Shown piece after piece: positions 45,901 to 54,228 of a stretch of DNA of 64,000 nt. The stretch's first letter is position 1, and the number at the start of each line of letters is the position of its first letter. The notes under the pieces are model-generated. The model had not been told where the DNA came from. It did no database searches and saw only the letters and a program-made list of their open reading frames with translations. This DNA comes from an uncultured bacterium. GTDB lineage: Bacteria; Margulisbacteria; WOR-1; CAZGTC01. The position numbers and the translations under genes were made by a program. The DNA lies in NCBI GenBank assembly GCA_964528395.1, contig CAZGTC010000005.1, positions 80,840 to 144,839 on the forward strand, in the 5' to 3' direction.

Positions 45901-47702
45901 ACTTCTTCTTTGTTGGTGTATTGCTTTCCTCCTTCAATTATAAAAGTTACTTTTGGTTTCAGCATATCAATGCCAAATTTATATTCTTTAGAAAAATAAC
46001 TATCTTGGCTGTCTTTGGCAACAACATATAAATACCATTGGCCATTGTAAGGGGATCCAGAAATCATATTTATTTTTTGAGGATCAAAATAATTAATTGT
46101 TTCTATGTCCGTTGGCCCATAAAGAGTTTCGGCATTGTTATAGAGGGTGGCAATAAGATTAAGGGTATTTTCTTTTTCTTTCTTTTTAGCTTCGTCAATA
46201 ATTAGTTGGGAAGTTCTCGAAGTTTTGGTAACAATGTAAAAATAGGGTTTTGTTGCGAGTTGCGCTCCAGCGGTTAGTTTGGCAGCATAAGTAAATTCTG
46301 CAGGGGTTTTGCTGCTCCAGGAGTCTTTATTATGATTGGTGGGGGAGGTTATGGTGATGTCGGTAATTAGTGCTAAGGTGGTTTTATAATAAATAGTATA
46401 AGTTTTGTAGCTGCGATTTCCTAAGTTATCTTCTGCTCCTAAATAAACATAATAAGCTCCTGGTCCAGAGGTGAAGTTGATAGTTTCAGTTGTTTTTGTG
46501 TTATCAATTTTGTATTTATCTTGAAAAAGGTTTGTTTGGGGGTCTGATAGTGGATTAAGAGGATAAAGGACATAATAAATTTGTTTTAATCCCGAATTAT
46601 TTTGAGAGGGTAAATCGGTTATTGACCACGTTAGGTTAGCTCCAGTTTTATCGGTAAATATTTTTTCTGGGACATCGGCAGTTATTTTTATTTCGGGAGC
46701 TAGGTCATCAAAATTTATTTCATAGTAGGTTAAATTACTGTATCCGATATTGTTTACGGCTAGGGCATAAATATAGTTTTTTCCGCTGACGATTTTTGGA
46801 GATAGAGTTTCTTCTTGAGGTGGATTTGTCCAGTTTATCGCGGAGATGTTTTTCAGGTCGGTTTCGGTTTTATTATTAGTGGAGCTAACGAGAAAATGAT
46901 GTTTTAAGCTGGTGGTAGACCCTTCTTCCAGTTTTATTTTTATAATTGCGGAGGGGTTTTTGTACCAAATTGTATTGTCAGGATGGGAAGATGAGCTTAA
47001 TGAAATAATGGGTTTTCTATTTAAAAAATCAACTGAAAATTTAGTTGAAATCGCAGAAGAATTGTTTCCGGCTTTATCAACTGCAATTAAATTTAGATAA
47101 TAATCTCCTTTATCTATTCCAGAGAAAGGAATTTGGCTTCCTTTTAACCACGTGCTGTTTCCAAACCAATGGCTGCCAGTAGCATCGGTTTTATTGGGAT
47201 CATAGGTCATCAAAGGGGTTTCTGGAGATTTGGAAATAGTATATGCGTATCCTTCAATTCCACTAATAGGATCAGTCGCAAGGGAAAAGGCAACTTCTAT
47301 ATAACTTTTAGTAGAATTTCCATATATTATTGTTGCGTTTAAATTTTTAGGAGGATTAGGAAGGGTGTTATCAAATTTTAAACTAAAAGATTGAGATCCA
47401 AGTTCTTGTGCGCCAATAATTCCTCCGGGTGCTTTATAAGCTTTTACTGTAAGGGTATGGCTATTGTTTAGTAGATGGGTATCTATTTTTACGGTTCCGG
47501 TTGTTGTTTGTTGAGGGGCGTTGCTATCAATATAATATTCAATATAGTCAGCTCCTGTTAATGCCCAGCGGAAAGTTAAATTTTTAGCATGCCAACCATT
47601 TAAATAATCTTCTACTGTAACAAAAGTTGCAGCTTCGGTGATTTGAAAAAATATTAAACATGAAAAAAGCATTAGAATAAAAAAAAATCTTATTGATTTC
47701 AT
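42921..47702 (-). CDS. large secreted Ig/FnIII-repeat protein with C-terminal FlgD-Ig-like sorting domain
   Basis: Signal peptide; repeated D[TN]T[PL]P and A.D.[AL]GN motifs; C-terminal NYPNPF...IVYTL...WNGKD...VGNGVYL. Confidence 0.85.
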   Translation of the reverse strand: MKSIRFFFILMLFSCLIFFQITEAATFVTVEDYLNGWHAKNLTFRWALTGADYIEYYIDSNAPQQTTTGTVKIDTHLLNNSHTLTVKAYKAPGGIIGAQELGSQSFSLKFDNTLPNPPKNLNATIIYGNSTKSYIEVAFSLATDPISGIEGYAYTISKSPETPLMTYDPNKTDATGSHWFGNSTWLKGSQIPFSGIDKGDYYLNLIAVDKAGNNSSAISTKFSVDFLNRKPIISLSSSSHPDNTIWYKNPSAIIKIKLEEGSTTSLKHHFLVSSTNNKTETDLKNISAINWTNPPQEETLSPKIVSGKNYIYALAVNNIGYSNLTYYEINFDDLAPEIKITADVPEKIFTDKTGANLTWSITDLPSQNNSGLKQIYYVLYPLNPLSDPQTNLFQDKYKIDNTKTTETINFTSGPGAYYVYLGAEDNLGNRSYKTYTIYYKTTLALITDITITSPTNHNKDSWSSKTPAEFTYAAKLTAGAQLATKPYFYIVTKTSRTSQLIIDEAKKKEKENTLNLIATLYNNAETLYGPTDIETINYFDPQKINMISGSPYNGQWYLYVVAKDSQDSYFSKEYKFGIDMLKPKVTFIIEGGKQYTNKEEVSLTITPTALSPIKKMDIMNYIADPALAAGFNPSAHTNVTHFSAFSSPQKWKLSTYNGIEGKKIVGVAVANETEEWSNIEIASIEVDTTPPTASANFPRTLYIKDKGTISWNAEDKGISPSGLGETQIIKSTIFGGLPFPVTFQTVKAGEKSFTFEKMPEEKIDFRLDIYDKAGNYTLLQYKNISYYTLIIDRTPPDISINKSNLKIEGALEENNRFIIGSKEFTIKWAPGTDTLSGIEKYVIQFKREGEPDAFYELPDRTLSTIAFDKNKNEYAEKITLPYEGYFLLKLLAIDKCGNIGTFVSKLIDVDPNTLIQKFSLTEYPKSPKYAIDFELALNSNLSQFFGLYLEGNPKPLDEGSGSTSSKSFENIITPLKEGKYKFTLKVLDKKNLTTTIEKTVTIDTTPPNAIDTIKAYADSSKKDIIEENKSYGYENPYFEWTAPADNLSGIQGYLVSISEDSKKEPTDTITDIKYQAKNLVSGKTYYLNVKALDNAGLSSAIKTFTYAMPQPESIQIKDKGISIVRGAKFTFSAKAYDNKNQEIIGYSSFSWEKTEGEGDINKDTGEFTASNTLGKVKIKAASDNGKTDEIEINITEEPVKIEIDPAQGAKTATDQSFTFTVIGKDAANNTVIINPSWTASPAPANIQGSGNQGIFSANQKGTYTVSAQYKQLKASANIEVYQADHTPPDSFNLLEPSNQKRINKEEPITLKWELTKDDPNGSGMDKYEIMLNGTKIGETDTKTNTYTIPAKDLKDGTYTWIVAAFDKLGNKREAAPFTFIVNIKGPIITVKIDNREVNNGDIINANPKFTIELQDPNGVKKDSIKLTLNGKAVSQGLSIQSASSASDINIIAAYAPTEKLSEGKNTLFIEAYDTENYKTEREINDLTVMAGLSIIGSPRNYPNPFKPSSGESTNIVYTLSQDAEITLYLYNIAGEQVWRKALLPGQEGAHPGENSVAWNGKDFSNEIVGNGVYLLAITSGGKVLARGEIAVFE

Positions 47703-47768
47703 GTATTACCTCCAGATTTGTTGAGTGACTCTCATTCTAGCTAAAAAAAGAGGAAAATGGAATAGAGG

Positions 47769-47952
47769 CCTCACCCTGTCCAGATGTTAATTGTTGGCTG
47801 TTAGTTTTGCGTCCCTCTCCTGCAGAGAGGGAAAAATTTTACGCGAAGGCGTAATTGATAGTTTAGCGTCGACTATCAACCATATATGTATTCAGTTCTT
47901 TTGCAAAAAAAATGTTTCCTTCTCCGCGTAGCCACCCCTCTTAGGGGCGGGA
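47769..47952. other. multi-hairpin intergenic region including a partial copy of the 23746 element
   Basis: CCTCACCCT-34 nt-TCCCTCTC/GAGAGGGA, TTGATAGT/ACTATCAA, CCACCCCT/AGGGGCGG stems. Confidence 0.5.
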
Positions 47953-48090
47953 AATATTAATTACATTTGTCGCGCTCACTTCAACAACTCTGAATACTTA
48001 CTTTTTTTGTGTTTGACTCCTTTTGTAAAATATGCTATTAGTAATAGCATATTTTAAGCAAAAATATGTCATTAGAAATAGGAGATATTT

Positions 48091-49377
48091 ATGGAAATTG
48101 AAGTTTTAAAGAAAGTGATTATTGGACAGAGGGAAGAAATTGATGATCTTTTTAAAAGAGAAAGAATTATTGAAAGGGATATAGATAAAGAAGAACTCTT
48201 GAAATTCTTAAAATATCCCAATGTACTTATTATTTCTGGAGTTCGAAGGAGTGGTAAATCTATATTGGCAATGTCTTTGCCAGGAAAAGAGAAATACGGA
48301 TATATTAATTTTGACGACGAACGTTTATCCGATTTTAAGAGTGATGATTTTGATAGATTGTTACAAAGTTTTTATGAGCTTTATGGGGAAGAACTAAGTT
48401 TTTTTGTTTTTGATGAAATTCAAAACATAAAAAATTGGCAGTTGTTTATAAATCGATTAAGAAGAACAAAAAAAATTATAATTACTGGCAGCAATGCTAA
48501 TCTTTTATCCGGTGAATTAGCTACATATCTTACCGGCCGTTATATCGATGTTACTTTGTATCCATTTTCTTTCAAAGAATTTTTGGCATTAAAAGGAGAA
48601 ATAATCCAAAAAGTTGATGAGTATTCAACAATTAAAATTTCTCGAATAAAAAATCTATTGAAGGAATATTTAGATTATGGCGGATTTCCCGAAGTATATA
48701 AATTTGGGAAAAGAATTATTGAAAAAGTTTACGAAGATATAATTAATAAAGACATTCTTTTACATTATAAGCTTAGAAATAAATCTGCTTTTAAAGAAAT
48801 GTCAAAATATCTTTTGTCTAATTTTGGTGCGGAAATGAGCTATTCAAAATTAAAAAATATTTTTTCCATTAAGAATGTCCATACTATAAAAAATTACGTC
48901 GATTATTTATCCGCCACATATTTGATGCTGATTATTGAAAAGTTTTCTTATAAACTTAAACAACAATTTTTGGCAACGAAAAAAGTTTATGCCATAGATA
49001 CAGGATTAATCAATTTTTTGAGTTTTCAATTTTCTGAGAATATTGGACGTATTATGGAAAATGTTGTTTTTCTTGAGCTTTTGCGTAAAAAGGAGATGCA
49101 TGATAAAAAAACTGACATTTATTTTTGGAAGAATTATCAAGGAGAAGAAATAGATTTCATTCTTAGAGAAGGAAACACAGTGCGAGAACTTATACAAGTT
49201 TCTTTTAGTTTAGGTAGCTTTGATACTAAAAAAAGGGAGCTAGGATCATTAATAAAAGCAAGCGAGGAATTGAAGTGCCATAATTTAACTCTTATAACTT
49301 GGGAAGAATCGAAAAAGGAAAAATTTATGAACAAAATAATAGAAATTATACCTCTTTGGAAATGGCTCTTAAAATAA
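48091..49377 (+). CDS. AAA_14 family ATPase with DUF4143 C-terminal domain
   Basis: GVRRSGKS, YINFDDER, FDEIQN, ITGSNANLLS, LTGR, KVYAIDTG, EIDFI, IPLWKWLL. Confidence 0.9.
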   Translation: MEIEVLKKVIIGQREEIDDLFKRERIIERDIDKEELLKFLKYPNVLIISGVRRSGKSILAMSLPGKEKYGYINFDDERLSDFKSDDFDRLLQSFYELYGEELSFFVFDEIQNIKNWQLFINRLRRTKKIIITGSNANLLSGELATYLTGRYIDVTLYPFSFKEFLALKGEIIQKVDEYSTIKISRIKNLLKEYLDYGGFPEVYKFGKRIIEKVYEDIINKDILLHYKLRNKSAFKEMSKYLLSNFGAEMSYSKLKNIFSIKNVHTIKNYVDYLSATYLMLIIEKFSYKLKQQFLATKKVYAIDTGLINFLSFQFSENIGRIMENVVFLELLRKKEMHDKKTDIYFWKNYQGEEIDFILREGNTVRELIQVSFSLGSFDTKKRELGSLIKASEELKCHNLTLITWEESKKEKFMNKIIEIIPLWKWLLK

Positions 49378-49383
49378 ATTAGG

Positions 49384-49962
49384 CTACGCAAAGGTGCTGA
49401 AGCTAGACGCGTCCCAGCCATTAGCATCGTATTTGGGGTATTCGAGCTGGCCGGCTATGTGCAGGTTTATCATTTGCCGCAGGATTTCCATTTCAGTGGG
49501 GGTTATATTTTCGGATAATTTGGGCCGGCCGGTTTTTATATCAATTACTGTGATGCCGTGATTATTAATTACCAATATCTCAACTGGCAGGACCTGGTTG
49601 TATCCCACCACTTCAAAAGCGCGCAGCTCGGGGTTGTAGCGGTCTTTTAAACCAATGATAAAAAGATATTTTTGCCCCTGTTTTAAATCCTGCTCTGAAG
49701 GAAAAGCTTCTCCCTCGGGGTGGGTGTGGTAAACCCCAAAATATTGGAGATTGTGCTTGGTAAAAAAGCCATAGGCCCTTTCCATGTCTTCGTTGGTTAG
49801 GCCATAGGTTTGGGTGCGGTCCCCGAGGAATTTATTCGGCTCGGGCAGGACCCCAAGAACCGTGTCTTCCCGCCCTCCCAAAAACCCGCCAGTTTCCTTA
49901 GGATAGCAAGCCTGGGCCTGCTGCATGATTATTTCGTATTGACGCTGGGTAATCCTAAACAT
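49384..49962 (-). CDS. JAB/MPN (Mov34) metalloprotease domain protein
   Basis: PKETGGFL and YHTHPEGEAFPSEQD (E...HxH-x7-S-x2-D). Confidence 0.85.
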   Translation of the reverse strand: MFRITQRQYEIIMQQAQACYPKETGGFLGGREDTVLGVLPEPNKFLGDRTQTYGLTNEDMERAYGFFTKHNLQYFGVYHTHPEGEAFPSEQDLKQGQKYLFIIGLKDRYNPELRAFEVVGYNQVLPVEILVINNHGITVIDIKTGRPKLSENITPTEMEILRQMINLHIAGQLEYPKYDANGWDASSFSTFA

Positions 49963-50397
49963 TTAAGCGCTTAGTTTTTCTTTTACAATTTTCGATACGA
50001 GTGAATTGTCGATTCCGGGATAATTGGCTCCGATTTCCTTCATGACTTTTCCCATGTCTTTGATCGAAGCAGCTCCGAGTTTTTGGATGGTGTCAGCCAC
50101 GGCTTTTTTAATTTCTTCTTCGGATAATTGTTTAGGCAGATATGTCTTTACGATGGCAAGTTCGCTTTCCAGAACCAAAACTTCGTCCAAGCGGTTCACT
50201 TTCCGCGTTTCAGCAATGGCTTCTTCCAGACTTTTAGCATACTTGCTGATGATTTTTATAATTTCTGCGTCCTCTAGATCGCCGCGGGCATTCACATTCA
50301 GAATCTTGCTTTTTACCATGCGCAAGACCGAGAGTTTTAGCTCATCTTTTTGTTTCATGGCTTGAATAATATCGGAACTGATTTGTTGGAATAACAT
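49963..50397 (-). CDS. GatB/YqeY domain protein
   Basis: AMKQKDELKLSVLRMVKS, YLPKQLSEEEI, KDMGKVMK. Confidence 0.92.
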   Translation of the reverse strand: MLFQQISSDIIQAMKQKDELKLSVLRMVKSKILNVNARGDLEDAEIIKIISKYAKSLEEAIAETRKVNRLDEVLVLESELAIVKTYLPKQLSEEEIKKAVADTIQKLGAASIKDMGKVMKEIGANYPGIDNSLVSKIVKEKLSA

Positions 50398-50425
50398 ATT
50401 TTTTCTCCTTTCAAAAATAGGCTCT

Positions 50426-50445
50426 AATTATAGCATGTTATAATT
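50426..50445. promoter_or_regulatory. back-to-back extended -10 promoters for yqeY and tgt
   Basis: Near-palindrome AATTATAGCATGTTATAATT gives TGnTATAAT on both strands. Confidence 0.65.
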
Positions 50446-50450
50446 GTGCG

Positions 50451-51533
50451 ATGTTTAAATTTGAAGTTTTAAAAAAGAGCAAAAAGAGCAAAGCGCGCAT
50501 TGGCAGAATCCATACTCCACATGGGATTGTGGATACTCCGACTTTTTGTCCAGTGGGCACGCAGGGAACCGTTAAAACTATTTTCCCCCGAGATGTCCGC
50601 GAGGCTGGCGCACAGATGGTTTTGGCCAATACTTACCATTTATTTCTTAGGCCTGGGCCAGAGGTAGTAAAAGCTGCGGGCGGGATCCAGAAATTTATGG
50701 GGTGGAATGGGCCAGTGATGACAGATTCGGGCGGATTTCAAGTTTTTAGTTTGGCTAAGATCAGAGAATTAAATGATGAAGGCGTAACTTTTCAATCGCA
50801 TATTGACGGCGTTTACCATCATTTTACTCCGGAAAAAGTCATTGATATCCAATTAGCCTATGGCTCGGACATTATTCTGCCATTGGACGAATGCCCTCCG
50901 TATCCAAGCACTAAAGATGAAGTTAATAATGCTGTAAAACGAACAACGGAATGGGCAAAAAGAAGTTTAAAACAGATGCAGAGCACAGAGCACAGAACAC
51001 TGAACACAGTTTTGTTTGGGATAGTACAAGGCGGGGTATACGATGATCTTCGAAAAGAATCCGCTAAACAAATTCAAGATTTGAATTTTCCCGGTTATGG
51101 GATTGGCGGAGTGTCAGTGGGCGAGCCGCGGGAGGATATGTATCGAACCGTGGATGTTGTTACGGATATTTTGGAAAGTGATAAGCCGCGGCATCTGCTT
51201 GGGGTGGGGTTTGAAGATGATATTGTAGAGGGCATTAAGCTGGGGATTGATACTTTTGACTGCGTAATTCCGACTCGCTTGGCGCGGCATGGGACGTATA
51301 TTGGGTCAGAGGGGCATAAGTCGGTTAAGCAATCTGATTTTACAAAAGATTTTCGGCCGCTGGTGGCGGGGTGCGACTGCTACACCTGCCAGAATTTTTC
51401 GCGTGCTTATCTTCGCCATCTTTTTATGGCGCACGAAATATTATCCTACACTCTTTTAACCCTGCACAATATCCGCTACCTGATGAACCTAGTTTCTCAT
51501 CTGCGCGAACAAATAAAAACTGATCAGATCTGA
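50451..51533 (+). CDS. tgt: tRNA-guanine transglycosylase
   Basis: PVGTQGTVK, LANTYHL, TDSGGFQVFSL, GIVQGG, DTFDCVIPTR, CDCYTC, HN. Confidence 0.97.
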   Translation: MFKFEVLKKSKKSKARIGRIHTPHGIVDTPTFCPVGTQGTVKTIFPRDVREAGAQMVLANTYHLFLRPGPEVVKAAGGIQKFMGWNGPVMTDSGGFQVFSLAKIRELNDEGVTFQSHIDGVYHHFTPEKVIDIQLAYGSDIILPLDECPPYPSTKDEVNNAVKRTTEWAKRSLKQMQSTEHRTLNTVLFGIVQGGVYDDLRKESAKQIQDLNFPGYGIGGVSVGEPREDMYRTVDVVTDILESDKPRHLLGVGFEDDIVEGIKLGIDTFDCVIPTRLARHGTYIGSEGHKSVKQSDFTKDFRPLVAGCDCYTCQNFSRAYLRHLFMAHEILSYTLLTLHNIRYLMNLVSHLREQIKTDQI

Positions 51534-51558
51534 AATTTCACCCCATTTTTGACGATAA
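51532..51558 (+). promoter_or_regulatory. putative sigma28-like promoter GAAATTTC-N11-GACGATAA
   Basis: Identical -10 and spacing to 3182-3208. Confidence 0.6.
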
Positions 51559-51642
51559 TTATAGTAGTGGATGCAAGAAACAAGGTTTGTAAAACGATTA
51601 TATAGCTTGTAAAAATAAAGATTCCCTAGGAGGAACAAAATT

Positions 51643-52917
51643 ATGGCTATAAATGGAAACGGCAAGACCCCGCCTTTAGGTTCTCGTGCTGTAAGATTAC
51701 GTATTCCTACAGGAGAATTTGCTTCTTCTTTACAATCCACACGATTACATATTCCAGAGCCTGTTAAATTAACGCCAGAAGCTAAATTAGTTTTCGATAG
51801 AATGAAACAAGCAGCTCAACCGGATTTAACTCCAAGACCAATAGATCCTTTGGAACTCACGCGATATATTAATGTTGAGCCGGTTCAAAAAAAGCTTGAA
51901 CAAATGAACGAGCAGCATCAAGAAAGGCTTTTAGGAGAAAAAGCAGGAAGCACCAATTTGCTTAAATGGCAGGTTGATACGGCGATAGGCAGCTTGCATG
52001 AAAAAAATGAAGATGCTGCAGCCGTGAGTCGGATTAAAATTTTCTTGAAGGATAAGAACGGTAGAGCAATTCAAAAAGAAGCCCTATTGGCAGTTGTTTG
52101 TGATGGAGTTTCGCGTTCTCACAGAGGTGGAAGCGGGGCTTTGGCTAGTATAAAAGCAGTGGAAGATTTTATGTTCTCTATTTTGGCGAAATTTTCATAT
52201 CAAGATTTGAGTAATTGGTCGCCAGAATCCATATTGGATGAGATAAAAAAATCTGTAGAAAGTACAAATGAGCAAATAAAAAATATTGAAGGCGCTGGCA
52301 ATACTACTATAGCTGCAAGCTTGATCATAGAAAATAAGTTGTATGTAGTTTATGCGGGAGATTCCAGATTATATGTTCTAAGGGGAGAGCAAATAGCGGC
52401 CATGACGCTTGATCATTCTCTTAAGCAACAACTGGCTCAATTTGGCATAACGGGTACGGTGCTTCACGGATTAAGTGCTATGCTTGGGCGGATACCAGAA
52501 GAAAACCATTTTGTTGGTTCTTCTGTAGCAAAAGGAGTAATAGAAATTAACCTACCATTTAGTTTATTTGAGCAAACTCCAATAGAAGAAGTTTCTCCAA
52601 ATAATCCAATTTATCGGGACGCCCAGAATGATTTTATTTTGTTGGGACAAAATATAGGGGGAGGGGATGCGCGTAAAAGTTCGCTGGAGGGTTTGAAAAC
52701 TGCTTGTTTTGAGCTCCAGCCAAACGATTTTATCTTTATAGTATCAGATGGGGTTCCATTTGGAGATCTTTTGCCAGCAGCTAGAATGGTTGCTTCAGGG
52801 ACACTTCAGGCCGCGGCAGCTGAAGCAATTAAAAAAGCAAGAGAAAACGCAGCTAATACAGATAATGCTACTGTGATTGCGATTTCTTTTGATTATGGAA
52901 ACAGGAAAAAAAGTTAA
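51643..52917 (+). CDS. PP2C/PPM-family Ser/Thr phosphatase with orphan N-terminal extension
   Basis: KNED, VCDGVS, YAGDSRLY, TLDHS, VSDGV, DNATVI. Confidence 0.85.
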   Translation: MAINGNGKTPPLGSRAVRLRIPTGEFASSLQSTRLHIPEPVKLTPEAKLVFDRMKQAAQPDLTPRPIDPLELTRYINVEPVQKKLEQMNEQHQERLLGEKAGSTNLLKWQVDTAIGSLHEKNEDAAAVSRIKIFLKDKNGRAIQKEALLAVVCDGVSRSHRGGSGALASIKAVEDFMFSILAKFSYQDLSNWSPESILDEIKKSVESTNEQIKNIEGAGNTTIAASLIIENKLYVVYAGDSRLYVLRGEQIAAMTLDHSLKQQLAQFGITGTVLHGLSAMLGRIPEENHFVGSSVAKGVIEINLPFSLFEQTPIEEVSPNNPIYRDAQNDFILLGQNIGGGDARKSSLEGLKTACFELQPNDFIFIVSDGVPFGDLLPAARMVASGTLQAAAAEAIKKARENAANTDNATVIAISFDYGNRKKS

Positions 52918-52994
52918 AGTACCCCCCCCCTTTTTTTTATTATACCTGCAGGTATAGGAGAAAAACTTTCTTCTATTCTGATATACTGTCCCTC

Positions 52995-54185
52995 ATGCCA
53001 TTTATCGCTGATTTTCACATCCACACCAAATACTCCCGCGCCACCTCCCCGGATATGGATCTCGAGCATCTTTCCAAATGGGCCAAGATTAAAGGCATTG
53101 ATGTTATAGGCACCGGCGACTTTACCCATCCTCTCTGGATCAAAGAATTAAAACAAAAATTAAAATCCCTGGGCAATGGCCTTTTTGAGTTTGATGGCAC
53201 CAAATTTATCTTAACTGTAGAAATTGCTGGGATTTATAAGCAGGGTGGAGAAGTGCGAAAGATTCACAATTTATTAATTGTTCCGTCATTTGAAACTGCG
53301 GATAAAATTATTGCCCAGCTTTCAAAAATCGGGAATCTCCATTCCGATGGCCGGCCGATTTTAGGATTGTCTGCCAAAAAGCTCTTGGAAATAGTTTTGG
53401 AAATTGATAAAACTGCCATGGTTATTCCTTGTCATGCCTGGACTCCGTGGTTTTCAATCTTCGGTTCAAAGTCCGGTTTTGATTCTTTGGAAGAATGTTT
53501 TGAAGAATATACTAAATATGTTTTTGCCATTGAAACTGGACTATCTTCTGACCCAGCCATGAACTGGCGGCTTTCGCAACTGGATAATATTGCTTTGATT
53601 TCAAACTCTGATGCGCATTCCCCGGCAAAATTGGGCCGCGAAGCCAATGTGTTTGATTGCGATATGGACTATAAATCAATTAGAAACGCGCTCAAGACCA
53701 AAGACCCCTCAAAGTTTTTGCGCACGATTGAATTTTTTCCCGAAGAAGGCAAATACCATTTTGACGGGCATCGGGATTGCGATATTTTATGGGATCCCAA
53801 GCAAACCAAAAAACATAATAAGATTTGTCCGGTTTGTAAAACCGAAGTTACCGTTGGAGTTTTGCATCGCGTGGATGATCTGGCGGATCGCGACAATGGT
53901 TTTAAGCCAAAAAATGCGATTCCTTATTTATCCATTATTCCCTTGGTTGAACTGATCGCAGAAGCTTTTGGCAAAAGGCCGGCCGCTAAAGCTGTTCAAA
54001 TAGAATACGATAAGATCATTTCTTTGCTTGGCCCGGAATTTTCCATTCTTTTGGATGTTCCCTTTGAAAAGATTCAATCCGCAGCTGAACCAAAAGTTTT
54101 TGAAGCCATAAAAAGGATGCGGGCCGGGCAGGTTAATATTCGCCCGGGCTATGACGGGGTTTTTGGGCAAATTAAGATCTTTTAG
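52995..54185 (+). CDS. endonuclease Q family (PHP domain) protein
   Basis: ADFHIHTKYSRATS, GTGDFTHP, DGRPILG, ETGLSSDP, SNSDAHS, GKYHFDGHR, CPVC, PGYDGVFG. Confidence 0.9.
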   Translation: MPFIADFHIHTKYSRATSPDMDLEHLSKWAKIKGIDVIGTGDFTHPLWIKELKQKLKSLGNGLFEFDGTKFILTVEIAGIYKQGGEVRKIHNLLIVPSFETADKIIAQLSKIGNLHSDGRPILGLSAKKLLEIVLEIDKTAMVIPCHAWTPWFSIFGSKSGFDSLEECFEEYTKYVFAIETGLSSDPAMNWRLSQLDNIALISNSDAHSPAKLGREANVFDCDMDYKSIRNALKTKDPSKFLRTIEFFPEEGKYHFDGHRDCDILWDPKQTKKHNKICPVCKTEVTVGVLHRVDDLADRDNGFKPKNAIPYLSIIPLVELIAEAFGKRPAAKAVQIEYDKIISLLGPEFSILLDVPFEKIQSAAEPKVFEAIKRMRAGQVNIRPGYDGVFGQIKIF

Positions 54186-54228
54186 TCTCTTTTGATTGTA
54201 TGCTATACTCTTAAAAAAAGGGGGCAAA

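Noticed and set aside
48091-49962. CBASS/ubiquitin-like defence system around the JAB protein
   Set aside because: No CD-NTase, E1/E2 or Ubl gene nearby; JAB is co-transcribed with yqeY and convergent to the ATPase.
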